Virus record (IMG/VR): IMGVR_UViG_3300047160_036266
Span: 32,001-96,000 of that record
DNA length: 64,000 nucleotides
Reading direction: 5' to 3' (one strand)
Source: a virus
Taxonomy: Duplodnaviria > Caudoviricetes
Shown here: positions 35,966 through 45,215 of the stretch, in pieces
How the letters are laid out: every line of letters starts with the position of its first letter
Numbering within the stretch: the stretch's first letter is position 1
Notes under the pieces: model-generated
The model's database searches: none
What the model was told of the DNA's origin: nothing
Seen by the model: the letters and a program-made list of their open reading frames with translations, nothing else
Translations under genes and position numbers: made by a program

Positions 35966-37237
35966 CTAATTGTGCATGGCCTTCTTCACGTCCTTAACGG
36001 GCAAACCCAGGGCGGTGCGGATGTTGTTAATGGCCTTCGCCAACAGCGACCGGCTCTGGTTCAGGGTGCTGCCATCCTGCACCACGTTGTCCTCCCACAG
36101 CTTGCTGGAACGCGACCAGTCCAACACCGCCAGGGCCGTGAAGAGGGCATTGGCCTCCTGGGGCTTCTCGGCCCAGATGTCATTGGCGATCTCGGCCATG
36201 AGCAGGATGCCCGTAGCACTGAAATGAACATAGTTGGGGCGCAGCTTTGGCACCACGCCACTACCCACCGCCTGCTGAGCCACGCTGCTCCACTGCGGAT
36301 TATTCGCCGTGAAGTTGTTGAAGAACCCGGTCAGGCGGTTCAGGGAATCGGAACGGTTGTCCTCAACGAACGGCTTGAGGGTTGAAGTAACCTCCCCGAT
36401 CTTCCCGGCGGTCTGGCGCGAGCCGGTCAACATCATGGCGAACGCCTGCCGGATGTTGTTGGTGGTGAACAGCATCTCGGAGTTCTTGCCGATGGTCTTC
36501 ATGACCTTCTCGATGCGACCCTTGAAGATCGGCACACCGGCGACCACATCCCGGATGAACTTGCTGAAGGCATCGCGCCGATTGTACGTCGCCAGCAGCG
36601 CCGGCGAGATTGGCTTGACGGTGGCGCAGTCAGCGAAATCCTGCTGTATCTGGTCCAACTCGGATTCCACGGCGATGACCACAGCCGCCCCATCTTTCAA
36701 CAGGCGACCCCCTGGGCCAATCAGGGTCGAGGCAGCCTCGCGCCGGTGCTGGCCGTCCTGCATCCAAAACATGGCGTCATTCGGCACGTTCACAAAGCCC
36801 GGCAGCGTGGCACCGAAGCCCGGAATGCCGACACCATCCTCCTCGTTAGCCGCCGAATAGAAAATCAGCGGCGTATCCGTATTCACGACAAACGGCGGCA
36901 GGATGTAGCGGTCCACCCCCGTGAGGTAGCCGGCAATATCGTGCCAGTGGCCCTTGTCGCACGGACGCTCCCGGTGTTCGGCGGGGTCTTCCCCTTTGCG
37001 AGCCGGATCGGTCTTCGTCATCTTCACGAGCGTGGGAAACCCCATCGCAGTCATGAAGAAGTAGCGATCACCCTGGCGGAAGGCCATTCCTGGGAACACC
37101 ATACCCAGATGCACCAAGGACGCCTCGTGCGCCAACTGCCGGGCTTTGTCAAAGGAGCCACAGTGGCGCAACCGGAAGCCGCTCGCCCGGTTGCCATTTC
37201 CATTCTGGTCCACGAGATTCCCTCCTGGTAGGTCCAT
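35966..37237 (-). CDS. DndB / DGQHR-domain protein
   Basis: YILPPF..QDGQHRREA..QQDFAD...KPISPAL. Confidence 0.8.
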   Translation of the reverse strand: MDLPGGNLVDQNGNGNRASGFRLRHCGSFDKARQLAHEASLVHLGMVFPGMAFRQGDRYFFMTAMGFPTLVKMTKTDPARKGEDPAEHRERPCDKGHWHDIAGYLTGVDRYILPPFVVNTDTPLIFYSAANEEDGVGIPGFGATLPGFVNVPNDAMFWMQDGQHRREAASTLIGPGGRLLKDGAAVVIAVESELDQIQQDFADCATVKPISPALLATYNRRDAFSKFIRDVVAGVPIFKGRIEKVMKTIGKNSEMLFTTNNIRQAFAMMLTGSRQTAGKIGEVTSTLKPFVEDNRSDSLNRLTGFFNNFTANNPQWSSVAQQAVGSGVVPKLRPNYVHFSATGILLMAEIANDIWAEKPQEANALFTALAVLDWSRSSKLWEDNVVQDGSTLNQSRSLLAKAINNIRTALGLPVKDVKKAMHN

Positions 37238-37352
37238 GAGTAACGGGCATGGCGACCAATTAAATCAAAATCCGGGTCATCGGTCAACCGATTTTTGTCA
37301 AAACACAAAAAACGCACGATTTGGTGTTACTGCCGCACGATTTCGTGCGGCA

Positions 37353-38366
37353 TTACGATTTGGCAAGTCGTTGCTGGGTGTCCTGGGCGTACCGGGCGGA
37401 AAGCTCGATGCCGGTGTACATGCGGCCAAGGGTCTTGGCAGCGGTGGCGGTGGTGCCAGAGCCGATGAAGGGGTCGAGGACCAGATCGCCGGGCTTGGTG
37501 CAGATTTTAACAAATCGCTCGATGATTTGCTGGGGGAAGGGGCAAGGATGGTCAACACCCTTGATATTTTCCACCCGGCACTCCACGACATCCTTCTGCA
37601 TTGGCACGTCGTAGCAGCGGATTATACTAAAGCCATTTTCCCGGATTTGCGTGTTGCGCCCACCCTCCTGCCCGCCGTAAGCTTCCTTGTGAATGCCTCG
37701 AATCTTCATGCGGTAGCCAGGAAGCTTCCCGGATTCAACTTCGGCAACCACCTGATTAAGAGCCGCCAGGGCCTTCGCTTTCTCTTCGGTCGTCAAGTCG
37801 GAGGCGTCGATGTGCTTCCGATATTTCTCGCCCATCTTCTTGCCAGTCTTCTTCTTGGGGGGCTTGGATACTTCCACTTCTGGCTCAAGGTCGTCCAGAC
37901 AGAAATAGTAGTCCTTGGCCTTAACAAAGTGGAAGAACGGCTCGTGGCTGGTTATAAGGCGCTTGCGGAAAGTATGGGGCGTCGGGTTACTCTTCACCCA
38001 GCGCACTTCATTGATGAGGAACACGCCTTTGAAGGTGTCCAGCACGCGAATGGCGAACCGGGCGGGCACCATTTGCAGGCCATTGCTCAAATATTTGTCA
38101 CCGAGATTGAAAACAATACTGCCTTCATCCTTGGTGACTCGCAGACACTCGCAGAATACTGACAGGAGATGATGAATATAGCTCCCGACGCTCGACTCCT
38201 GACCAATCTCCCTGTCCGCCAGGCCAGCCTCAATACCCTCATATTGATGCTGCTGAAAATACGGCGGACTGGTGATGGTAAGCTGAGCCACTTTCGGTGG
38301 CAGTTGTTTGAGCAGGTCAAACACATCGCCCACCAAAATCTGGTTCTCGTATTTCTGTGGCTCCAT
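37353..38366 (-). CDS. Site-specific DNA methyltransferase (N4-C/N6-A, beta class)
   Basis: ITSPPY, HPCPFP, VLDPFIGSGTT. Confidence 0.9.
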   Translation of the reverse strand: MEPQKYENQILVGDVFDLLKQLPPKVAQLTITSPPYFQQHQYEGIEAGLADREIGQESSVGSYIHHLLSVFCECLRVTKDEGSIVFNLGDKYLSNGLQMVPARFAIRVLDTFKGVFLINEVRWVKSNPTPHTFRKRLITSHEPFFHFVKAKDYYFCLDDLEPEVEVSKPPKKKTGKKMGEKYRKHIDASDLTTEEKAKALAALNQVVAEVESGKLPGYRMKIRGIHKEAYGGQEGGRNTQIRENGFSIIRCYDVPMQKDVVECRVENIKGVDHPCPFPQQIIERFVKICTKPGDLVLDPFIGSGTTATAAKTLGRMYTGIELSARYAQDTQQRLAKS

Positions 38367-38452
38367 AAACGACCGAAGCATATTCCCTCCTGAATAATGG
38401 AGTAATATGCTTCGATTCTAACATACGAGATGTTCGGGCGCAATAGCTGTTG

Positions 38453-38821
38453 CTAAGATATTTCCTCTGTCACCAAGTCATGCAGGCGGTCGCTCAGATC
38501 GTTAAAACGCTCGGTCATCTCAACGGTGACGCGACCGCCGCCCTGGGCGTTCTCAGAGAAGGTCAGGAGGGCTTCCTCGGCGGCGAAGGTGTCTTTGGAA
38601 TTGAGAGCTTCTTCGGCGGCGTCGAGCCACACCCCCATATCCATCTCTTTTTCCAGGCGGGTGCGCAGCGCCTCGTATCGTGGGTCCAGATCGGCAACTG
38701 GATAGAATTTGTTAAGCCGGGCGCACAAATAATTCACCATCCAGTGGTTGGCCTCCATCCAGTTCTGGGCCTCCATCGCACCCTCGGCGTTGTCCAACAT
38801 CTGCCGGGCCGACTCAAGCAT
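38453..38821 (-). CDS. Hypothetical helical protein
   Basis: ORF track. Confidence 0.55.
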   Translation of the reverse strand: MLESARQMLDNAEGAMEAQNWMEANHWMVNYLCARLNKFYPVADLDPRYEALRTRLEKEMDMGVWLDAAEEALNSKDTFAAEEALLTFSENAQGGGRVTVEMTERFNDLSDRLHDLVTEEIS

Positions 38822-39455
38822 ATTTCACCTTGCTGACAAAAGGCTTGATTTTATCGAGCAGAACCTTTTTCTGCTCCTCTACCTTCTTAGAGTAAGCCTT
38901 CCAAATAGTCAGATCAAGGGCAGCTATCGACATCCCCGCTTTATCCGCCAGGGCGATAAACAGCTTCTCAATGCGCCCGTATTGCTTGCGGCTGCCGGGC
39001 GTCCCCTCCGGCACACTATATCCCAGGTCACACAGGAACTTCAAAATATGCGTGTCCAGGCAGGCCACACGCGCATCCTTGCGGGTGTGCAAAATAAAAA
39101 AGCGGGCCGTCTTCGGTCCAACCCCGAACACCCGCTCCAGGTCTTCCGACTCCACCGTTTGCAGGTCGAAGTTCCGCCGAATCACGTCATAGATTGCCTG
39201 GGCCTTCAAAGAATGGCAACCCACGCCGTAGCGCTTCAGCATCGCCTGGAGGTCTTCCACCGAATATACCGCCAGGGAAGCGAAGGGGCGGAACCCCTCC
39301 AGCCCCAGCTTGTCATGGGCCTCCGTCAGCAGCGAGTCCAGCGACCGGGCAATCACCCTGGCCGTCTTGCCGGCCACCAGGATACTGAAGAGGGCGAACT
39401 CTTCGAGTTGGTGCTTGTTGAGGGTATAAGCGGTGCAGGTATCTGGATCAATCAC
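38814..39455 (-). CDS. HhH-GPD (endonuclease III-like) DNA glycosylase
   Basis: FGVGPKTARF..ACLDTHI. Confidence 0.75.
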   Translation of the reverse strand: MIDPDTCTAYTLNKHQLEEFALFSILVAGKTARVIARSLDSLLTEAHDKLGLEGFRPFASLAVYSVEDLQAMLKRYGVGCHSLKAQAIYDVIRRNFDLQTVESEDLERVFGVGPKTARFFILHTRKDARVACLDTHILKFLCDLGYSVPEGTPGSRKQYGRIEKLFIALADKAGMSIAALDLTIWKAYSKKVEEQKKVLLDKIKPFVSKVKYA

Positions 39456-39469
39456 AAATCACGTCCTTG

Positions 39470-39703
39470 CTATAAAACGGCGACTTGATTCTGCGTCTCC
39501 ACCCAGCAGACTGCCCCGCAAGACAGAGGTTTATCAGGCCGATAAACAACACGAGCAACCTCCACGCCCTGGGAGTCGTAGATCACGACTTCCGTGGCGT
39601 AGCGGTTGCTCTTGTAGGTTTTGACGGTGAGTACCGGCTCGCGCTGGCCGGTCTTGCGGTTAGAGCGGATAATTGCCTGGTTGACGTGGATTATCGTTTT
39701 CAT
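39470..39703 (-). CDS. Small phage hypothetical protein
   Basis: IIHVNQ..PVLTVK..KPLSCGAVCWVET. Confidence 0.6.
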   Translation of the reverse strand: MKTIIHVNQAIIRSNRKTGQREPVLTVKTYKSNRYATEVVIYDSQGVEVARVVYRPDKPLSCGAVCWVETQNQVAVL

Positions 39704-41294
39704 ACCGCTCGAAGAGAGGCGTGGGGCGTCCTAAGTCCACAATATCCCGTGACACCCCTACATTATAATCCCCCTCCGGGAGTCGGCGGTAGAGGAAATC
39801 CTCCAAATAGCCTAAGTCCAAGTCCTCCCAGGACTTCTTGCTCTCGAAAGACTCCCAAATCTTGCGGCTGGTTCCCGGCAGGAACGGCTTCAGCATAATC
39901 GCCGTAACCCGCAGTCCATTCACAAGGTTGCGCAAAATCTGCGCCAGCCGCTCCGGCTCGGATTTGAGGGTCCAGGGCTTCATCTGGTCGATATATTCGT
40001 TCATCTTCCGCAGTTCCGACCAGATCAGCGCCAGGACATGCTTGTACTCACAATTCTCCACGCTCTCGGCATAGTCAGCGAAAGGCGTACCTCCGTGAAG
40101 GATGTTGCGAAAATCGCCCACGCTGGGGATCGAGCCGTCGAAGTATTTCAAGACCATGCTAATGGTGCGTTGGACCAGATTCCCCAGGTTGTTGGCCAGG
40201 TCGGCGTTGTACACATCCACGAAGTTGGCGAAGGTATAATCACCGTCGCTGGCGTAGTTACAGCGGCTCAGGAAATAATAGCGGTAGGCATCGCAGCCGA
40301 ACTCCTTCACCAGTTCCATCGGGTCGAGGAACTTACCGCTCTTGCTGGCCTTCCTGCCCTCGATGTTGATGAAGCCGTGGGCGAAGACCTTCTTGGGAAG
40401 CTCCACGGCGTACATCCGGCCCCCGACCCCCTCGTTGTAGGCCATAATCATGGCGGGCCAGAGTGCGCAGTGGAAACGGGTGATGTCCTTGCCGATGAAA
40501 TGAACGTCAGCGGGCCACCACGTCAGGTCCAGTCCTTCTTTGTCCAAACCCACGCCCGTCATGTAGTTGAGCAGGGCGTCGAACCAGACATAGATCACCT
40601 GGGTTTCGTCCCAGGGAACCGGGATGCCCCAGCCCTCGTTGCGGCGGCTGATGGAAATATCCAGGGGCGGCTCGTCCACCGGCTGCAAATCATAAGAAAC
40701 GAAGTTGACGACCTCGTTGTAGCGCGACTCCGGCTCGATCAGCAAATCCGACAGCCCGTTGGGCTTGGGGGCGAGCATATTCAGCAGCCGGATACGGAAC
40801 TTGGACAGCAGGAAGAAATAGTTCTCCTCCTCCGTGTGGCGAAGCTCCTGCTTCGGGTGGTTCGGGCAGCGGTCGTTCTCGATCTCCTTGGGAGTCTTGA
40901 AGGCTTCGCAGCCATCACAGTAGAGTCCTGAGTAGCGGCGCTTCTCAATATACCCGGCCTCCTTCACCATCTGGATGAAGTGCTGGACGCCTTCCCGGTG
41001 GCGCTGCTCGGTGGTCTGGATGAACTCATCAAAGGAAATGTCCAAGGCACGCCACACGGCTTTGAACTCTTCGGCCATGCGGTCGCAGTACACCTTGGGG
41101 TCTTCGCCAAGCTCACGGGCACGCTTGGCGACCTTCCAGGTATTCTCATCGTTGCCCATCAAAAAGAAAACATCGTCGCCTTTGAAGCGACGATAGCGAG
41201 CTTGCACGTCGGCCCCCACTTTCTCGAACGCCGTGCCAATGTGGGGGCGGCTGTTCGGGTAGTCAATGGCCGTCGTCAGATAAAAGCTGCCCAT
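39660..41294 (-). CDS. metG: Methionyl-tRNA synthetase (short form)
   Basis: FYLTTAIDYPN..PHIG (HIGH), YVWFDAL, GKDITRFH, KASKS (KMSKS), LANNLGNLVQR. Confidence 0.95.
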   Translation of the reverse strand: MGSFYLTTAIDYPNSRPHIGTAFEKVGADVQARYRRFKGDDVFFLMGNDENTWKVAKRARELGEDPKVYCDRMAEEFKAVWRALDISFDEFIQTTEQRHREGVQHFIQMVKEAGYIEKRRYSGLYCDGCEAFKTPKEIENDRCPNHPKQELRHTEEENYFFLLSKFRIRLLNMLAPKPNGLSDLLIEPESRYNEVVNFVSYDLQPVDEPPLDISISRRNEGWGIPVPWDETQVIYVWFDALLNYMTGVGLDKEGLDLTWWPADVHFIGKDITRFHCALWPAMIMAYNEGVGGRMYAVELPKKVFAHGFINIEGRKASKSGKFLDPMELVKEFGCDAYRYYFLSRCNYASDGDYTFANFVDVYNADLANNLGNLVQRTISMVLKYFDGSIPSVGDFRNILHGGTPFADYAESVENCEYKHVLALIWSELRKMNEYIDQMKPWTLKSEPERLAQILRNLVNGLRVTAIMLKPFLPGTSRKIWESFESKKSWEDLDLGYLEDFLYRRLPEGDYNVGVSRDIVDLGRPTPLFERYENDNPRQPGNYPL

Positions 41295-41727
41295 AGGCGT
41301 CCTCCTTCTCCAACTTCTTCTTGACTTCCTCGATTATGGTCGAGGGCTTCGGGTCGGTAAAGAATGCCGCTGGCTCCTTGAGCTTCGTGGTTTTTGGCCA
41401 CGGACACGGCACTCGCTCGTTTTGTTGATTAAAAAACACCTTCTCCTTGACCCGCTTCGTACCTTCGCAGCACTTGCATACGCCATTCTGCTCAAACCCA
41501 AAGGCAAAGCCGGTGCCTCGACAACACTGACATGGGAAACCCTTCTCCTCTATCTCGTTTTCCTTGAGCCAGGCAAAGAAACAGGCCAGGTTGCAGAACC
41601 AGTAATCCCATTTACCATCCTCCGTGTGGTGGCAAGTGGGACAAAGGCGGTTCTCGTACTCGAAGGACAACTGCAAATCAAACGCACCCTCTGCCTTGCA
41701 TTGTGAACAATGGATCACGATAATCAT
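41263..41727 (-). CDS. Multi-CxxC zinc-binding hypothetical protein
   Basis: CSQC, CPTC, CNLAC, CQCC, CKCC. Confidence 0.55.
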   Translation of the reverse strand: MIIVIHCSQCKAEGAFDLQLSFEYENRLCPTCHHTEDGKWDYWFCNLACFFAWLKENEIEEKGFPCQCCRGTGFAFGFEQNGVCKCCEGTKRVKEKVFFNQQNERVPCPWPKTTKLKEPAAFFTDPKPSTIIEEVKKKLEKEDAYGQLLSDDGH

Positions 41728-42230
41728 GACTTTTCCCCCGACTGGTAGGCCGCAGCATTCTGCACGATGTCGTCAATCTGGCTGTCCAGGTCGTGGCTGT
41801 AGATGCCGGTGTTGATCTTCTCCATCTCCTTGCGCATGAAATGGCCCCGGTTGTTGGCCTGCTCACGGGCGGCGTGCAACGCCTGTAAGTGATTGTACAG
41901 CAAGGTTTTATTGTGACGGGCAGCCTTGGAGGCCACCTTGGCGTCCTTCAACATCTGTTCGCCTTTGGCGTACATCTCAGCGGTCTTGTCGCTCTTGCCC
42001 TCCTCCTTCCAGTAGCGGAACTTGTCCGCAAAGAGTGATTCTACTTCCTGCTCCCGCATTAAGTAAAGTGCTTCAGCGTCGGCCAGGGCGCGACCGATGT
42101 AGTCGATCCGCCCCGACACCCGCTCAAAGAACTCGTTGAGGGTACGGTCGGTGAAGCGCAGGTCTTGGGGGTCCATGACCACCGCTTCGTTGCCCAGCTT
42201 GATCTCGCGCTTCTCGGAAAACCTGCTCAC
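41724..42230 (-). CDS. UvsY-like recombination mediator (putative)
   Basis: Helical pattern ..KSDKTAEMYA.. and position next to the helicase. Confidence 0.5.
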   Translation of the reverse strand: MSRFSEKREIKLGNEAVVMDPQDLRFTDRTLNEFFERVSGRIDYIGRALADAEALYLMREQEVESLFADKFRYWKEEGKSDKTAEMYAKGEQMLKDAKVASKAARHNKTLLYNHLQALHAAREQANNRGHFMRKEMEKINTGIYSHDLDSQIDDIVQNAAAYQSGEKS

Positions 42231-43723
42231 AGCCCCTCCCCCTGTTCCTCGTGGCCTTTGAATTTGGGCTTCACGGTATCAATCGGAACGTCCTCAGCCG
42301 TTTTGCCCATCATGTCGTGGTATTTACACCGCCACTTGTGTTCTTTGATCTCGAACATATCCAATATATCGTAGTTGAACTCAACCCAGAACGGGAAACG
42401 GCTTTTGCCCCGGCGATGCTTGATGACGAAGCCCCGCCCGATGTTGGCCTTCTTCTCGTCCGTCAACTGGTTAATGCTCCAGAAGCCGTCCAGGGGCTTG
42501 TACTGGTCGAAGCTGGCCCCGATGTTGCCCTCGTCAATATATTCGGTGATCTCCAGGTCGGCGGCGGTCTTGTTCGGCTGGACGCAGGTGAAGGTGCAGT
42601 GGTTCTCCTCGACGCCGAAACCACGCAGGTCACGCAATATCTGGTAGCGGCTCTGCCAGGTCGGGATATTCGGAGCGTCCCGCATTTCGCCAATATAGTC
42701 GATAATGAGCAGGTCGGGCTTGAAGCCGTAAAGTTGAAGTTGCGAACAATACGCCCGCACCATATTCACGTCCATGCTGCCGCCAGGAAACTGGCGAAGA
42801 ATAAGACGGTTAGGGTCTTCGTAATCCTTCATCCAATCGTGGACGTGTTCAACAATATCGTCCTTGTGCTGGAAGAGGAAGTTGATGGGCTTGAGGGCGA
42901 ACTGCGCCGTGAACCGTTCGGCAATACCAACTTCGTCCATCTCCAGGGTCAGGTACAGTACCTTGTGGCCCTTGAGGACGTTTTGCACAGCAGCTTTGAC
43001 CAGCGCCAGGCTCTTGCCGACGCCGGGCATCCCGATCCAGCTATAGATTTCACCCCGCTTGGCACCACCACCGGCAATGGCAGCGTCGATGGCCGCAAAG
43101 CCCGACGTAAAACGCTCCTTCACGTCTTCGTCGGCCTTCATGCGAGCAAACACTTCCTCGATGTTGGGGAAATATTCGAGGCCAACGTCAAAAGAACGGT
43201 CCACGAGCATGGCCTCGCGCACCATGTCGTACACCTTGCTCCATGTACCCTCCTCTTCAGGAGCCTTCTTGATCTCCTCCAGGGCGTTGCCGAAGGCCAC
43301 CTTGAGGGCCTGGGCCTTGGCGAAAACGGTCAACTTGTCCAGCAATATGTCACGGGTCGCCAGCCCCGGCACGAAGAACTCGTAGACCGAGTTCAATTCG
43401 GAAATATAGTACAGCTTTACGGCGTCGTCCTTGTTGCGGACCTCGTTCTTCACTTCCTCCAGCATGATGAAGCGTTCGGGCAGCGACTTGTACTTCTGGA
43501 AGAGCTTGAAGAGGATGCGGCAGATGAGTGCATGGGCCTCGTTGGTGAAGTATTCGGGCTTTACTAGGCTCTGGCTCTGGATGAGGAAGAAGCGGTCGGT
43601 CAGTAGCATCCCAAGGAGGCGGCGCTGGAAGTTGTCGTCCCAGCTATAGCGGGGCTTCTGAAGAACGTCGGGGTCAATGAGCGAGTCGAGAATCTGTTGT
43701 TGCTTATCGTTCAGTTCCTTCAT
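42227..43723 (-). CDS. Replicative DNA helicase (DnaB / T4 gp41-like)
   Basis: GMPGVGKS, YLTLEM, LIIDYI, CVQPN. Confidence 0.9.
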   Translation of the reverse strand: MKELNDKQQQILDSLIDPDVLQKPRYSWDDNFQRRLLGMLLTDRFFLIQSQSLVKPEYFTNEAHALICRILFKLFQKYKSLPERFIMLEEVKNEVRNKDDAVKLYYISELNSVYEFFVPGLATRDILLDKLTVFAKAQALKVAFGNALEEIKKAPEEEGTWSKVYDMVREAMLVDRSFDVGLEYFPNIEEVFARMKADEDVKERFTSGFAAIDAAIAGGGAKRGEIYSWIGMPGVGKSLALVKAAVQNVLKGHKVLYLTLEMDEVGIAERFTAQFALKPINFLFQHKDDIVEHVHDWMKDYEDPNRLILRQFPGGSMDVNMVRAYCSQLQLYGFKPDLLIIDYIGEMRDAPNIPTWQSRYQILRDLRGFGVEENHCTFTCVQPNKTAADLEITEYIDEGNIGASFDQYKPLDGFWSINQLTDEKKANIGRGFVIKHRRGKSRFPFWVEFNYDILDMFEIKEHKWRCKYHDMMGKTAEDVPIDTVKPKFKGHEEQGEGL

Positions 43724-44261
43724 AGGGTTGTTCCTCCTTCATAAATGGGTGCTTCAGTATAAGGCGCACGCCCACCCCATGACGAATAATTCCCCGCTTC
43801 GGTCCTTTATCCCGAATGGCCCAGCGGCGCACATCACCCATCATCAGTGGCACGATCAGCCGCAGGTTGGGCATGAGCCGCCGGTCGTTCTGCACGGTCA
43901 GCCAATCGTACCAAGCGATATGTTCGATCTCGCCGTCACGGGGCTGAAGCTTTTGGGCGTAGTAAACATCGACCTTCACGCAGTACACGGTGCAGTCATT
44001 GCAGGCGATCACGCCCATGAGTTTGGTGTCGTTGTAGGCGATGGCCGGGTCATACTCACAGATCGGCTCAAGGCCCGCCTCTTCCTTGAGTTCCCGGACG
44101 GCGGCTTCCAGTACGTTCTCGCCGGGTTCCACCTTGCCGCCCGGCAGGTTGAGGCAACCCTTTTGCCAGGCGGGCTTTTGTTTCTCGATGAGGAGGACGT
44201 TGCGCCAGTAGGGGTCGTTTATCGGGTTGGCGTACACCACGACGTATTTCGGCTTCTGCAT
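43704..44261 (-). CDS. NUDIX hydrolase
   Basis: PGGKVEPGENVLEAAVRELKEEAG. Confidence 0.9.
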   Translation of the reverse strand: MQKPKYVVVYANPINDPYWRNVLLIEKQKPAWQKGCLNLPGGKVEPGENVLEAAVRELKEEAGLEPICEYDPAIAYNDTKLMGVIACNDCTVYCVKVDVYYAQKLQPRDGEIEHIAWYDWLTVQNDRRLMPNLRLIVPLMMGDVRRWAIRDKGPKRGIIRHGVGVRLILKHPFMKEEQPYEGTER

Positions 44262-44262
44262 T

Positions 44263-44583
44263 TTATATCTCCATGTCAACCTGGGTCTTCTTGAGCTTGA
44301 ACGTCTTCACCTTCAGTTTCTTCTTCATCGGTGGTATATTTACCCACCAGCGGTCTGAAAGATGAATATAGTCTTCCCGGTCAAAACCCTCGACCGGGGG
44401 CGGAACGTGTTCGATGGGCGGGCCTTTGACGGCTCCGACGAAATAAGCGCCCTTCGGAACCACCGGGTCCACGGATGTTGACGTGCAGGCCAGGAAGCCG
44501 CCCTTCTCGTCTTGGAAGACATGGAAGCCCGTCTGGTCCGCTTCCCAATTCGACCAAAACCCGAAGTAATAGCTATCGCTCAT
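44263..44583 (-). CDS. Hypothetical protein
   Basis: ORF track with RBS. Confidence 0.55.
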   Translation of the reverse strand: MSDSYYFGFWSNWEADQTGFHVFQDEKGGFLACTSTSVDPVVPKGAYFVGAVKGPPIEHVPPPVEGFDREDYIHLSDRWWVNIPPMKKKLKVKTFKLKKTQVDMEI

Positions 44584-44602
44584 AAATCCTCCGTGAAATA
44601 AA

Positions 44603-44652
44603 GCAGCGAGGCCGTGCCCACATCCCTTTCACCCATCACACGGCCTCGCTGC
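44603..44652. terminator. 14-bp inverted repeat with 22-nt loop
   Basis: gcagcgaggccgtg / cacggcctcgctgc. Confidence 0.5.
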
Positions 44653-44657
44653 ATATG

Positions 44658-45215
44658 TCAGCATGATACCAAATAGTCATACTCGGACAAAGAGACTTGC
44701 CCACTTCTTAGCGGTTTTTCGCGCGTTATACGCTTCCCCATCGACCGCTGCGCATTCCAAATTATTTGTTTACAGTAAGTACCAAACTTGGTGTCGAGCT
44801 TGAGTCGTTGACGGCGGGAAGGTCGGAGGGTCTTCGGAACGATATTCCTCATGATGAGTCTTAGCAGACGTTCTTGGTGCCGACCGAATTTCTGGCGGTT
44901 GGCCCCGTGCCTGGTCCTATTGTCCCACAAGTGTTGCAGTTCACCCAGGACGTGAACGAGGAAGGGATCAATGGCGAACTGCCTGCACACTTCCAAAGAG
45001 CGTTCGATATAAACCTGACGCTTGAAGTAGGAGCCGGCCCGGATGACCGAGAACAGTAGCTCCTGCTGGAAATCGTCTATGTCGTTCTGGTGATTGTTCT
45101 TGGTGTTCTTGCGGGAGAGTTGCCAGGCGGCGTAATAGCAAAGTTGACCAAAAGCCTTCTCCAGTTCCCTGAACTCTTCTTCAAGAATCGGGAACGTCTC
45201 CATTATTGTTTTCAT
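44658..45215 (-). CDS. Putative sigma-factor-like protein (region 2 only)
   Basis: DIDDFQQE..RA and KFGTYCKQIIWN resemble sigma region 2.1-2.4. Confidence 0.45.
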   Translation of the reverse strand: MKTIMETFPILEEEFRELEKAFGQLCYYAAWQLSRKNTKNNHQNDIDDFQQELLFSVIRAGSYFKRQVYIERSLEVCRQFAIDPFLVHVLGELQHLWDNRTRHGANRQKFGRHQERLLRLIMRNIVPKTLRPSRRQRLKLDTKFGTYCKQIIWNAQRSMGKRITREKPLRSGQVSLSEYDYLVSC

